A program made the translations under genes and the position numbers. Below are positions 52,450-62,849 of a stretch of 64,000 nucleotides of DNA, in pieces. The notes under the pieces were generated by a model, which did no database searches, was not told the DNA's origin, and saw only the letters and a list, made by a program, of their open reading frames with translations. This stretch comes from an uncultured Acidobacteriota bacterium. GTDB taxonomy: Bacteria > Acidobacteriota > Blastocatellia > RBC074. The DNA lies in NCBI GenBank assembly GCA_963796275.1, contig CAWCKY010000006.1, forward strand, positions 224,001 through 288,000, given 5' to 3'. Each line of letters begins with the position of its first letter. The stretch's first letter is position 1.

Positions 52450-52559
52450 ACTTGCGAAACATCAGCCGATTTTGATCCGTATGCAGTCTCGGCCAAGACG
52501 ACGCTTGCGGACAACAGAAAAGGCAACATGCCCGATATCGTCCGTTTATTTAGAATCAT
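52365..52559 (-). CDS. Short signal-peptide-bearing ORF, probably truncated by a deletion
   Basis: Very strong SD GAGGAGGTG and a signal-peptide-like N-terminus; runs out of frame into the glycosyltransferase remnant. Confidence 0.5.
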   Translation of the reverse strand: MILNKRTISGMLPFLLSASVVLAETAYGSKSADVSQVEKERWTLSPAESESLPKNSLTIRSAFR

Positions 52560-52642
52560 ATGGTTTCACCTCCTCTTATAAACACGGGGTTATAAACTCG
52601 GGGACACATATCATTGGCAAGAGTGGTTAAAAATTATTTCGG

Positions 52643-52657
52643 GCAATCGTTATGCCG
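52643..52657 (-). promoter_or_regulatory. Putative sigma54 promoter
   Basis: Minus strand CGGCATAACGATTGC, GG-N10-GC, ~84 nt upstream of ATG 52559. Confidence 0.55.
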
Positions 52658-52909
52658 GTAAATCTTCACACTGCCCATCTCATTGTTATTTATATCGATA
52701 GTTCGGAAGCGAACCATCCCAGGCGCTTCAAACGCGGAGCTGTGGGGTGAAATGCGACATTCGAGTGGCAAGTTTACTCACAACCATTAATTCAGAGGTA
52801 TGTGGTCCATGTGCAAATTTATGGATGATGCGTGAGGTATCCTCATTGTCTAGAAAAAAATTCAGCGAAAATAAAGGTGGATCGTTGCATGCGGTTTTTT
52901 CAAGCTGTG

Positions 52910-53395
<486 letters not shown>

Positions 53396-53715
53396 TAGAA
53401 TCATTTACCGACGCCTGAGCCAGTCACAGCCTGGCCAGCCCCTCTCCGGCAAAATGCCCCCAACCCTTCCCGCCGCAGGTAGTACCTGGATTACGCGCCA
53501 GGCGCTGGACAGTATTTGTAAACCTCTCATTGCGAATTTATAATATTCCAGTGAAGCCCTCGAAATCGGTTCTAGACAAAGTTTTGAGAGAAGTGGAATG
53601 AGCCGAACGTCATCATCCTCCGAAATTTGATGGACCTCTATCCTTAATAGTTGAGCAAGGATTATCCCCAACCATAAATTGCGCGACTCACCTCGTATTC
53701 TTTAGCGGAGCGTTA

Positions 53716-56304
53716 ATGAAGATCAGCGGTAATTATTCGCTGAAAATATCTGTGGCTCGGTTGCTGGTCTGGGCTATTCTTTCGCTTTCAGTCATGGGGC
53801 ACCTGGGACTGGCCGAGCCGGTAGATAGAGAGCAGAAAATGGTCTTAATCATCGGCCATACGCGAAAAGACTCGCCGTTTCAGAATTATGTAGGTGGTAT
53901 TCTCAAGCGAGCCATCACAGATCGTTATACCGGCCGGATCGTTTTTTACGAGGAGTTCGTTGACTCTCAACGATTCACTGATCCGGATCTATATTCTGCG
54001 CTTCGCGATTTTCTATTTCAGAAATACCAGGGAAAGAGACTCGATCTGATCATCCCCGTCGGGGGGGCGGCGGTCGATTTGGTCGGGAATTATGGGGACG
54101 AGATATTTCCCGAGGCGCAAGTCGTTTATTTAGGCGGCTCGCGCGAGATTCCCGTGGAATCGCGAGCGCGGATGAACTCCACCGGCGTCATTACCAATGT
54201 GAATTTTAAGAACACGATCGACCTTGCCATGCACTTGCAGCCCGATGTGAATCACGTGGTTGTAGTCAACGACGAGTCAGAATTCGGCAAGAATTACCTT
54301 AAGCTTTTTAGTCAAGATGTCCGAGAATTCGATGACCGTCTCACCTTCACCTATCTGAACGGTATGAGGATGGATGAGATTAAAGAGAAGGTAGCCAATC
54401 TACCGCGAGGCTCGATCGTATTTTTCTTAAATTACGCGGAAGATATAACTGGTAACAGATACAATGCTACTGAAGCCATTTATCAGATCGCAACGGCGGC
54501 GAACGCGCCTACCTACAGTTGGATCGACGCCTGGATGATCCCTGAAGTAGTGGGGGGCAGTATGCTGGATGTTAACGCGGTTGCCGGTGAGGCGGCAGGG
54601 ATGGCTTTACAGGTTTTGCGGGGAGAGAACCCGACGAATATTCCGATCAAAGAGTATAGGTCTGATGCCATCACGTTGAGCATGCCTCAGCTCAAGCGGT
54701 GGGGTGTCAGCGAAAATAGACTACCGCGCGGAAGCCTGATCGTTTACCGGGACCCGACGTTCTGGCAGCAGTATAAATATTATGTGATAGCCGCGTTCTC
54801 GATCATGACCGCCCAGGGCCTGCTCATCGGCTTACTGTTGTTGGAGCGTCAGAGGCGAAGATCGGCCACGCGAGGGCTGCGAAAAAGTGAGGAGCAATTC
54901 CGCTTGTTATTTGAGAATAGTAAAGACGCGATCCTGATCGCGGACGATAAGGGAGACTTCGTTCAGATAAATCAGGCCGCGTGTTTTTTACTGGGCTACC
55001 CTAAGGAAGAGCTGATGGAGATGAACATCTCAGGCGTAATCTCGGCGATCTCTCCAGGCGCGGACTTCGATCTACAGAGCTATAGCGAGCAAGGGTATAT
55101 GATCGGAGAGTGGTCTTTTGTGCGTCACGATGGAGAGCATCGAACGAGCGAATTCACCGCTTGCCGGTTCGCGCCCGGTCTGCACCTGGGCATTCTCCGT
55201 GACGTCACCGAGCGCAAGCGCGCGGAGGAGGAGATAAGAGTCTCGGAGGAGCGATTTTCCAAAGCTTTCCGCGCCAGCCCTGATGTCATCATCATCATCC
55301 GCCAGGCCGACCGGCGAGTCATCGATATTAACGACAGTTGCGAGCGGATGTTTGGAGTCAGCCGCCGGGAAATCATCGGGCGCACGCCAGTCGAGCTCGA
55401 GCCATATTCCAATGGGGAAGAAGGTGAGCGATTGCGCCACCTGATCGATCAAGTGGGATCACTGCACAACGTGGAGGCGGCTATCCGGACCAGCTCAGGG
55501 GAGATGCGACAGACAAGCATCGCCACCGAGACAATCGTCATCAATGGCGAGCCGTGTTTCATCTCGATAATTCACGATATCACCGAGCGTAAAAAGGCGG
55601 AGGATGCGCTCCGGGAACTGACGGCGAGGTTACTCAAGCTACAGGACGAAGAGCGGCGTCGAATCGCGAGAGAACTGCACGATGTGACGGCACAGAACTT
55701 ATTCGCGATCCATTCTCACCTGTCGCTGTTGATACAAGGCCGGTATCAGCCGGCTGAGGTGAATAAAAAGCTGGTGGATTGCCATAGATTTGTTAATGAA
55801 TCTCTCAAAGAAATACGGACATTCTCGTACCTGCTCCACCCCCCCATGCTTGAACATGCCGGTCTGGCCGATACCTTACAGTGGTACGTCGATGGGTTTA
55901 TCAAACGCAGCGACATCTATGTCGACCTGGATGTATCGGAGGATATCGATCGCCTACTGCCGGATATCGAGATCGCTTTTTTCCGTATCGTTCAGGAGAG
56001 CCTGGCTAATATTCAACGTCACTCAGGCAGCAGCACGGCAAGCATCAGTCTGGAGGAACAGGGAGGCCAGCTCGTCCTTCGGATAAAAGATGCCGGTCAG
56101 GGAATACCGCTCAGGGACAGGCCGCAAGAGTCAACCAAGAGCTTCCTTTTGGGAGTCGGGATACCGGGGATGCGCGAACGGATGCGCCAGCTTGGCGGGG
56201 GGTTGGAGATCGAGTCGGACAGCGAGGGAACTACCGTAACGGCGACCGTGCCGCTGACGGGCGCGAAGGAGTTGGTCCATGATTCGTATTCTGTTGGCAG
56301 ATGA
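53716..56304 (+). CDS. Sensor histidine kinase (extracytoplasmic sensor, 2 PAS domains, HisKA_3)
   Basis: ERRRIARELHD H-box, FRIVQESLANIQRH, IKDAGQG, GVGIPGMRER and two PAS domains. Confidence 0.95.
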   Translation: MKISGNYSLKISVARLLVWAILSLSVMGHLGLAEPVDREQKMVLIIGHTRKDSPFQNYVGGILKRAITDRYTGRIVFYEEFVDSQRFTDPDLYSALRDFLFQKYQGKRLDLIIPVGGAAVDLVGNYGDEIFPEAQVVYLGGSREIPVESRARMNSTGVITNVNFKNTIDLAMHLQPDVNHVVVVNDESEFGKNYLKLFSQDVREFDDRLTFTYLNGMRMDEIKEKVANLPRGSIVFFLNYAEDITGNRYNATEAIYQIATAANAPTYSWIDAWMIPEVVGGSMLDVNAVAGEAAGMALQVLRGENPTNIPIKEYRSDAITLSMPQLKRWGVSENRLPRGSLIVYRDPTFWQQYKYYVIAAFSIMTAQGLLIGLLLLERQRRRSATRGLRKSEEQFRLLFENSKDAILIADDKGDFVQINQAACFLLGYPKEELMEMNISGVISAISPGADFDLQSYSEQGYMIGEWSFVRHDGEHRTSEFTACRFAPGLHLGILRDVTERKRAEEEIRVSEERFSKAFRASPDVIIIIRQADRRVIDINDSCERMFGVSRREIIGRTPVELEPYSNGEEGERLRHLIDQVGSLHNVEAAIRTSSGEMRQTSIATETIVINGEPCFISIIHDITERKKAEDALRELTARLLKLQDEERRRIARELHDVTAQNLFAIHSHLSLLIQGRYQPAEVNKKLVDCHRFVNESLKEIRTFSYLLHPPMLEHAGLADTLQWYVDGFIKRSDIYVDLDVSEDIDRLLPDIEIAFFRIVQESLANIQRHSGSSTASISLEEQGGQLVLRIKDAGQGIPLRDRPQESTKSFLLGVGIPGMRERMRQLGGGLEIESDSEGTTVTATVPLTGAKELVHDSYSVGR

Positions 56305-56917
56305 TCACGACATAACGCGTCTGGGAATTCGCGAAATGTTGAGCGGATATGAAGGCCTCGATGTTTGCGGCGAGGCGAGCAATGGGCGGGAAGCCGTCAA
56401 ACTGGCTGAAGAGTTGAAGCCGGATATAGTACTGCTGGACATTGACATGCCCGAGTTGAGCGGGATCGAAGCGACCCGTCAGATAAAGAAGCTTCTGCCG
56501 GAAACTGAAGTGCTTATCTATACTATGCACGACGCCGAGCAATTGATTCGCCGAGCGCTGATGGCCGGAGCGCGCGGCTTCGTTCTCAAATCCGATATTT
56601 ATAATAAGTTGATCGAAGCCATTGAAGCGCTATCGCGACATAAGCCGTTCCTGAATGTCCAGGCGTCCGAGACGGTGCTTGATAGCTTCGTCAAGAGCGC
56701 CACCGAATCTGAAGAAGATGCGGTACTGACAGATAGGGAGCGGGAGATTGTCCAGCTGCTGGCGGAAGGAAAATCGAATAAAGAGATCGCTGCGACTCTG
56801 GGAATCAGCATCAGAACAGTCGAGACACATCGCAGGGCGATAATGAATAAGCTCAAGGCTGGCTCATTTGCCGAGCTGGTCCACTATGCGATCCGAAATA
56901 AGATGATCAGTGTGTAG
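56279..56917 (+). CDS. NarL/LuxR family response regulator
   Basis: LADDH, LLDIDMP, LTDREREIVQLLAEG..TVETHR; overlaps the kinase stop. Confidence 0.95.
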   Translation: MIRILLADDHDITRLGIREMLSGYEGLDVCGEASNGREAVKLAEELKPDIVLLDIDMPELSGIEATRQIKKLLPETEVLIYTMHDAEQLIRRALMAGARGFVLKSDIYNKLIEAIEALSRHKPFLNVQASETVLDSFVKSATESEEDAVLTDREREIVQLLAEGKSNKEIAATLGISIRTVETHRRAIMNKLKAGSFAELVHYAIRNKMISV

Positions 56918-57157
56918 TATTTTTGGACGGTTCCATTCGATCTATAACATTCCATTCAAGAAATTACCGCCAACGTTAGGGAAATGCACGGTAACCGATC
57001 GGATTCATCTCACACCGGAAAGCCCACTACGTAGTAATGGCTCATCTGTCTACGTAAAATCAGTACGTTAAATAGCAGGGACAACGAATAGCGGTAGCCT
57101 TAGCCCACTGTTACTCTCATCCACGAAGCGGAAGTCTGCTCCCTATAACATTGAAGG

Positions 57158-57718
57158 ATGGCGAGTATGAGTGAGTTGATGATCATCAGTTTCAAACAAC
57201 TACACCGAGCCTCTGAAGTCCTCAATGAACTGCGTCAGCGGGATTGGGACTGGGTCGCCGATCTGAATCACGCGGTCGTCGTAAGGTACGACGGAAAAAA
57301 TAGGCTTCGAGTAGATCTAAGCATTGATCCGAGAAATCAGGAGGATGTGGCATGGGCCCGACTATGGGGAACGTTACTCAACATGATTCTTGCTGAAACT
57401 GTCAATCATGGGATTGCCGAGGCAGCCGGAGGCCTGACAAACATTTACAGCCTGGAATCACCTTCCGATTACAGCTTCGATGAATCGGAGATTGCCGTGA
57501 ATTGGTGGATCAAGGGGATCGGCATCTCCCCTCAATTCATAAGCGGTGCCGGCGCAATTATAGAACCGGGCGGATCAGCGCTTCTGATGATTTTGCAAAC
57601 AGACGATCCGATAGCTGTTTTGAAGAAGCTTAGGGACTATGGCGGAACTTTGCTGCGCACATCATTCAGTCTGGAACAGGATGCAAAATTGTATGATGCG
57701 CTGGCCGGCAGATTTTGA
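57158..57718 (+). CDS. DUF1269 family membrane protein
   Basis: LWGTLL, GISPQFI, PGGSAL, YGGTLLRTS.S.EQ. Confidence 0.75.
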   Translation: MASMSELMIISFKQLHRASEVLNELRQRDWDWVADLNHAVVVRYDGKNRLRVDLSIDPRNQEDVAWARLWGTLLNMILAETVNHGIAEAAGGLTNIYSLESPSDYSFDESEIAVNWWIKGIGISPQFISGAGAIIEPGGSALLMILQTDDPIAVLKKLRDYGGTLLRTSFSLEQDAKLYDALAGRF

Positions 57719-57993
57719 CAGTGTGTCGCATTTCATTGAAGGGAAGCCGATCGGATTTCTCCGAATCATTGAGGCTTATTATGCAGAGGAAGCGCGTGCC
57801 AATACTGAGTTGCGCTTTATGGGCGCCGCTGAGAGGCGGACACGTTGGGTGCCCTTCGGGGCAACAGGGTAACGCTCTCGCCGGAGTGTCGGTTTACTCG
57901 GGCAGGAGAACTTGAAGGGAAAAGAATTTGAGCGCGCGGTAATCTTCGCGCTCGCCGTAGACCGAAAGAGGAATTAACGAGGGAGGAATTAAT

Positions 57994-58599
57994 ATGAAAA
58001 AATTGATTACGATCATATCTTTGATGCTATTGACCGCACTTCCAGCTTGGGCACAGCAGCAGCCCGAATACGGCACGGAGAACCACTTAAGCTTCGGTTA
58101 CACAACGCAGACGGGAAACTTCGGACCCAATGGATTCGAGGTTGGACTCGATTACCGGTTGCGGGAATTCCTGGCAATTGCGGGTGAAGGCAGCTTCCTG
58201 TTCACGGGCGATACCGTCAACAACGTGCGGACGAATCTCAGTCCTACTGGGTTTGTTAATATGAGAGTATCCACCAACGCCCAGAACTTTCAGGCAGGGC
58301 CGCGCTTCTTCTTTCCACGCGCCCTCCGCCAGCCCAAGCTGGTTCCATTCGCACATCTGCTGTTCGGCGTGAGCCGGGCGAGCACAGACTTCGAGCTTAC
58401 GGAAGAGGATGATCAAATAGGCAGCTCCTCCGACACCAACTGGTCCTGGTCTCTGGGCGGGGGAGTGGACTACTGGGTCAACAAGAAATGGGCAGTGCGC
58501 GCGAAGGTAGACCTTTTGAAGACGCACTTACAGAGTGACAGCCAGACGAATGCGCGAATTATGGTGGGCATGTCCTACAACTTCGACTTCAAGAAGTAA
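57994..58599 (+). CDS. Outer membrane beta-barrel protein
   Basis: Signal peptide AWA-Q, FQAGPRF, PFAHLLFG, LGGGVDY and terminal aromatic strand YNF. Confidence 0.85.
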   Translation: MKKLITIISLMLLTALPAWAQQQPEYGTENHLSFGYTTQTGNFGPNGFEVGLDYRLREFLAIAGEGSFLFTGDTVNNVRTNLSPTGFVNMRVSTNAQNFQAGPRFFFPRALRQPKLVPFAHLLFGVSRASTDFELTEEDDQIGSSSDTNWSWSLGGGVDYWVNKKWAVRAKVDLLKTHLQSDSQTNARIMVGMSYNFDFKK

Positions 58600-59323
58600 A
58601 AAGTAGTGAAAGAATTTTCGTATCGGACCTGTCAGCAGTCAGATATCGAGAAGAGATGAGATAAATTTGAGGTCTACTCATAAACACCGTGAGAAAGACC
58701 AGTGGCTTCCCGGCGATGCACACATCATCCTGATCGTCCTTCTGGGCGATGTCGGTTTCAGTTTGTCGTAACGTAGTGCGGAAGCGGCGTCGTCTTGTGC
58801 ATCGATTCCAACCCATCATCATTCTAGGGTCAGCCTGCCGGATCCGAAGATGCAATAATAAATCGCCCGATTGTTGCCGGCGTAGTACTGGAGGGCCGGC
58901 CACAGGCTGTCCCAAACTGCCACACCGCCGTCCATCAATACCACTCACCGATCACTTTTTAATTTTTTCAACGCATGGTTCGTCAGTTTGCGCCGCGCGA
59001 CAAACCGGAGATCGCTTCAGTGGTGTTAGTCGAAAACAGCGGCTACGGGGGGAGATCAAGGCTGAAGCAATCTATCGATCTTATTCCCGGCGCACGCCCG
59101 GTCTTCCGCCTGACACTTTGATAGCGGCAGGTGGGGATGCACGCGTTTCCGGGAGATTTCCGGCGTGCAGCGGTCAGAGTATGCGAAACGACAGGAGCTA
59201 CTAAATGAGCCGAGCAACCAGGTTGCCCAGGGTGCAGCTATCCCGGTGCGTCGTTATATCGATTCTCGTATGTTCCGCATTCTCGCAGCCGTTCAGACAT
59301 TCACTTCGCCGGGATTACCTCAT

Positions 59324-59800
59324 TTAAACCCGCGTTGCAGCTTGTCGCGGGCGGTGTTCGCAGATCGCCTTGCAAGTGCGCAATACATCTTCGATTGTGA
59401 AACCTGACATCTGCTTACCGCCAGCTTCCTCAGTGTGGTTCAGGATGTCGTAGAGCGACAGGATACCCTGAAGTATTCCGTCGTTATCGGTTACGGGAAG
59501 ACGCCGAACTTTGCTCTGCCGCATCGTCTTGAGGGCCGACTGGATATCTTCGTCAGGTGAAACGGCATAGACATGCCCGGATATGACTTCGTAAACAGCG
59601 ATCTCCGAAGGGTGCCGCCCCCTGGTTGCCGCAGCCATAGCGATGTCGCGATCGGTAATCAGGCCGATTACTCTGCCAGACTCATCCACCACAGGAAGCA
59701 CGCCGCAATCGGTGTCCCACATAATTGCCGCAGCCGCGGACAGATTGGTCTCAGGACGGCAGGATTGTACGTTTCCGGTCATCAAGTCTCCTACTTTCAT
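59324..59800 (-). CDS. CBS domain pair protein
   Basis: MKVGDLMT, CGVLPVVD, GLITDRDI, VRRLPV. Confidence 0.92.
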   Translation of the reverse strand: MKVGDLMTGNVQSCRPETNLSAAAAIMWDTDCGVLPVVDESGRVIGLITDRDIAMAAATRGRHPSEIAVYEVISGHVYAVSPDEDIQSALKTMRQSKVRRLPVTDNDGILQGILSLYDILNHTEEAGGKQMSGFTIEDVLRTCKAICEHRPRQAATRV

Positions 59801-60340
59801 AGCTAATCTCCATGTGCTTCATGCTTGTGCAATTAAAGTGCTCGTGGTTGATCGTTAATAGCTTCTGTACGGCTCCGGAAGAGGCCCGATTGTTAAAGGT
59901 TTGATGACCGTATTTTGCCGCTCCTCCTGAACTCGCGAGATTGGTAGATCAAGGACTATCGACATTGCGCATCGCTGGCGCTCAGGGCCGAAAAGCATCG
60001 ATTCCAGTTGCTAATAATTTGCACACTTTTTTTATTTAATATGGCCTGCGTCTTTTCATCGGAGAAATCTTATCTCGCGTATATAGCCAGTGCCATACTG
60101 TGATGGGAGGATACAAATTCGGGTTTCCCGGCACAGTTTTGCCGATCAATTCCGTCAGGAGGATATGAACCAGGGGAAGAAAGTGTATGAGAAAAACGGT
60201 CTGAATTAAACTGAAAAAAGCGAAATACTTCGCTTTGAATCAGTAATAAGAGTTGGGTGAAAAAATGAGTCGACAGCTCTAAAAACTATTTCGCATCGGT
60301 ATTTTTGATCTTCAGCTAACGGCTTTTCACAAACCAAATA

Positions 60341-60533
60341 AGCGCACGGAGTGCGGGAAAACCCTAGCCCAGGATGGAGTCGAAGGCGGAGCCCCGGGTT
60401 GTGTCTCATCAGGTCATGCGAGCCCACGGAGTGCGCGATAAACCTCAAGGTTGCATGCGTTGATCCCAAACTCTGTCGCCCATTTCATGGGCTCCAAACT
60501 ATATCACGAGCGTACCAAGGGCTTCGCCTTCGA
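60341..60533. repeat. Degenerate nested inverted-repeat element (REP/MITE-like)
   Basis: TCGAAGGCGGAGCCCCGGGT pairs with ACCAAGGGCTTCGCCTTCGA, and GAGCCCACGGAGTGCGCGATA pairs with TGTCGCCCATTTCATGGGCTC. Confidence 0.6.
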
Positions 60534-60792
60534 TGAACCGCTTCTGCGCATGCGTCTGAGTATGGCGGTTGAGATGCTGCGAACCGCAGAGTTAGTCGTC
60601 TCTCTGGTAGTTAGAGAGGGATCGCCCCGGCAGGTGATACTGGACGAGGGGGCGAGGTATGGAGCGCGCTGCATCTTTCTCAGCGGGGATGATCGCGGCG
60701 GCTTCAGGAAATTGTTTTTCGGCAGCACTGCGGCGGCTGTTGCTTCAAAGCTCAATGCACGGTTGAGGTGGTACGCGAAAAGCCTCAGATAA
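60534..60792 (+). pseudogene. Universal stress protein C-terminal fragment
   Basis: VREGSPRQVILDEG..CIFLSG..FFGSTAAAVAS, then AQCTVEVVR after a frameshift at ~60748; no N-terminus. Confidence 0.7.
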
Positions 60793-61116
60793 CAACGGAC
60801 ATCGGTATTAGATGGAAAGTTCCCGAGCAAACAGTATTAGACGCAGTAACCAAGATCTTCAGTACGGGAAGCTTAGTGATGCGGTCATCAATAAGCCATC
60901 AATAATCCATCCAGAATCCTTCCAGACTCAAGGTCGGGCGATCGCTCTGAATATGTCTCCTTTCTGTTCCAGATTCATAATTGACAATTCTTGAAGTTTC
61001 CTGACCACAGGTCCTTATGTTTCGGACGATCGGTAGTTGTGGCATTCTGCAACATGGACTGAATGATATCTCACGGATCTCACGGAACCGTTCGGAACGC
61101 GCGATTCTGTTGAATG

Positions 61117-61131
61117 TGGCAAGAAAATTGC
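61117..61131 (+). promoter_or_regulatory. Possible sigma54 promoter of the two-component operon
   Basis: TGGCAAGAAAATTGC(A), GG-N10-GC, ~150 nt upstream of ATG 61284, in AT-rich DNA. Confidence 0.4.
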
Positions 61132-61283
61132 AAATTGTAATTAGTGTAATTAATGTGAATGAAGAATTGAAGATATGAGAGCTATTCCGACATACGTTAT
61201 CCATTTTAAAAACAGCTGAAATGCGCTAACTTGCTTGGTTGGACGACTAGCAGCAATACAGGCAGCAGATATAGGTACGGGGA

Positions 61284-62798
61284 ATGCGCACAGGCACAAA
61301 ACTGATTATCTTTCTGACTGTGGCCGTGGGCACGGTAATGACGCTCGGCGGGTATTACATGCTACGTCAACGCGAAGCGATTTTAGAAACAGCAATGCGC
61401 AATGAGCTGCGCGCACACGCTGCAACGTTGAAGATAGCGCTCGAAGACGCATATCGCAGCGGGCGCACCGGCGATGTACAGCGACTGATAAACCGGCTGA
61501 GCGAGGACCCGAAGGTATATAGCGTGACGCTGTTCGACGAGACCGGGCGATCGATGATGTCATCCAATCCGCTTGCGGCTGATGTAGTTCGCAATCCTCC
61601 ACAGGCTCAGGAGGTGATCGCGACCAGCCGGACGGCAGAAGTCGATTCGAACCAGGATTTGGTTTCGTTGATTATTCCGATCCGCGTCGGCGAATCGCGG
61701 CGCGGGGCGTTTGAAATAACCCAGCCGAGGTCATTCATAAAAGCCGATTTCGCGCGTGCGCGCCGGGATATCGCCTACGTTGCGCTCGCGCTCTTTGCTG
61801 CCATCGTTCTGGTAGTGCTGGCCGTAATGCGCCGGAGTCTGTTGAAGCCTATCAATGAACTGCTGGGCGGCGCAGTCGCCATCGGTCACGGTGATCTCGC
61901 GTACCGCGTCATTGTCCCTGAACACGGCGGTGAGCTGGCGCAGCTGGCCCGTGAATTCAATCGCATGGCGGATAGTCTCGATGAGCAGATGCACGCTGTA
62001 TCGCGCGAGGCTGAGGGGCGGCTCGCGCTTGAACGAGAGCTGCGTCACAAAGAGCGGCTGGCATCAGTCGGGCGCCTGGCGGCAGGCATTGCACACGAAA
62101 TGGGAGCGCCGTTGAATGTCATCAAAGGTCGCGCTGAGATATTAAGGCAACGTCATGATCTGCCGCAGGAGCGGCGCGACCGCAATCTGGATATTATCAA
62201 TGCGCAGGCCGACGGGATCGCCCGCATCGTTCGCCAATTGCTGACGCTCGCGCGCCCATTCAATCTGAGGAGGGAAGTTTTAGATGCGGCGCAATTGATT
62301 GACGATGTGCGCGAATTGATCGAGCCGGAAGCCGCTAAAGACGGACTTCGAATCGAGGTCAGGGCCGGCGTGAAAAAACAGATAGACGGTGACCGGGATT
62401 TGCTGCATCAAATATTGTTGAACATCTGTCTCAATGGCTTGCAGGCAATGGAGGAAGGCGGGAGGCTGAATATGGAGTTGCTCGATGGAGATGTCATCAG
62501 AAATGATGGTCACTTCGTAGCGATTCAGGTTTCAGACACCGGGCCGGGAATCTCACCTGACAATCTGCATCACATCTTCGACCCGTTTTTTACGACCAAA
62601 GATGTCGGGCAGGGATCGGGTCTCGGATTAGCCGTTTCGCATCGAATCGTCGAAGAACATGGCGGATGGATTGAAGTCCGGAACCAGCAAGCGGGAGGTG
62701 CGGTGTTCACGGTTTATCTACCTAAGGCAGGCATTGCAGAAGAAGCATCCGAGGAGTCGCCTGTGACTCCTGAAGCAATGAATATCAGCTGGAAATAG
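61284..62798 (+). CDS. HAMP-domain sensor histidine kinase (NtrB/ZraS-like)
   Basis: Two TM helices, [42 protein letters not shown]. Confidence 0.95.
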   Translation: MRTGTKLIIFLTVAVGTVMTLGGYYMLRQREAILETAMRNELRAHAATLKIALEDAYRSGRTGDVQRLINRLSEDPKVYSVTLFDETGRSMMSSNPLAADVVRNPPQAQEVIATSRTAEVDSNQDLVSLIIPIRVGESRRGAFEITQPRSFIKADFARARRDIAYVALALFAAIVLVVLAVMRRSLLKPINELLGGAVAIGHGDLAYRVIVPEHGGELAQLAREFNRMADSLDEQMHAVSREAEGRLALERELRHKERLASVGRLAAGIAHEMGAPLNVIKGRAEILRQRHDLPQERRDRNLDIINAQADGIARIVRQLLTLARPFNLRREVLDAAQLIDDVRELIEPEAAKDGLRIEVRAGVKKQIDGDRDLLHQILLNICLNGLQAMEEGGRLNMELLDGDVIRNDGHFVAIQVSDTGPGISPDNLHHIFDPFFTTKDVGQGSGLGLAVSHRIVEEHGGWIEVRNQQAGGAVFTVYLPKAGIAEEASEESPVTPEAMNISWK

Positions 62799-62849
62799 GC
62801 AGTTCAAATAAACTGCTCTACCTACTGATTAAAGAGGGAGGACCGCAAT

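Noticed and set aside
58589-59300. ORFs of 119-151 aa between the beta-barrel and CBS genes
   Set aside because: Arg/Cys/Pro-rich, non-protein-like composition, no SD and no motifs.
60078-60096. Sigma54 promoter for the CBS gene (minus strand TGGCACTGGCTATAT)
   Set aside because: Good -24 element but no GC at -12.
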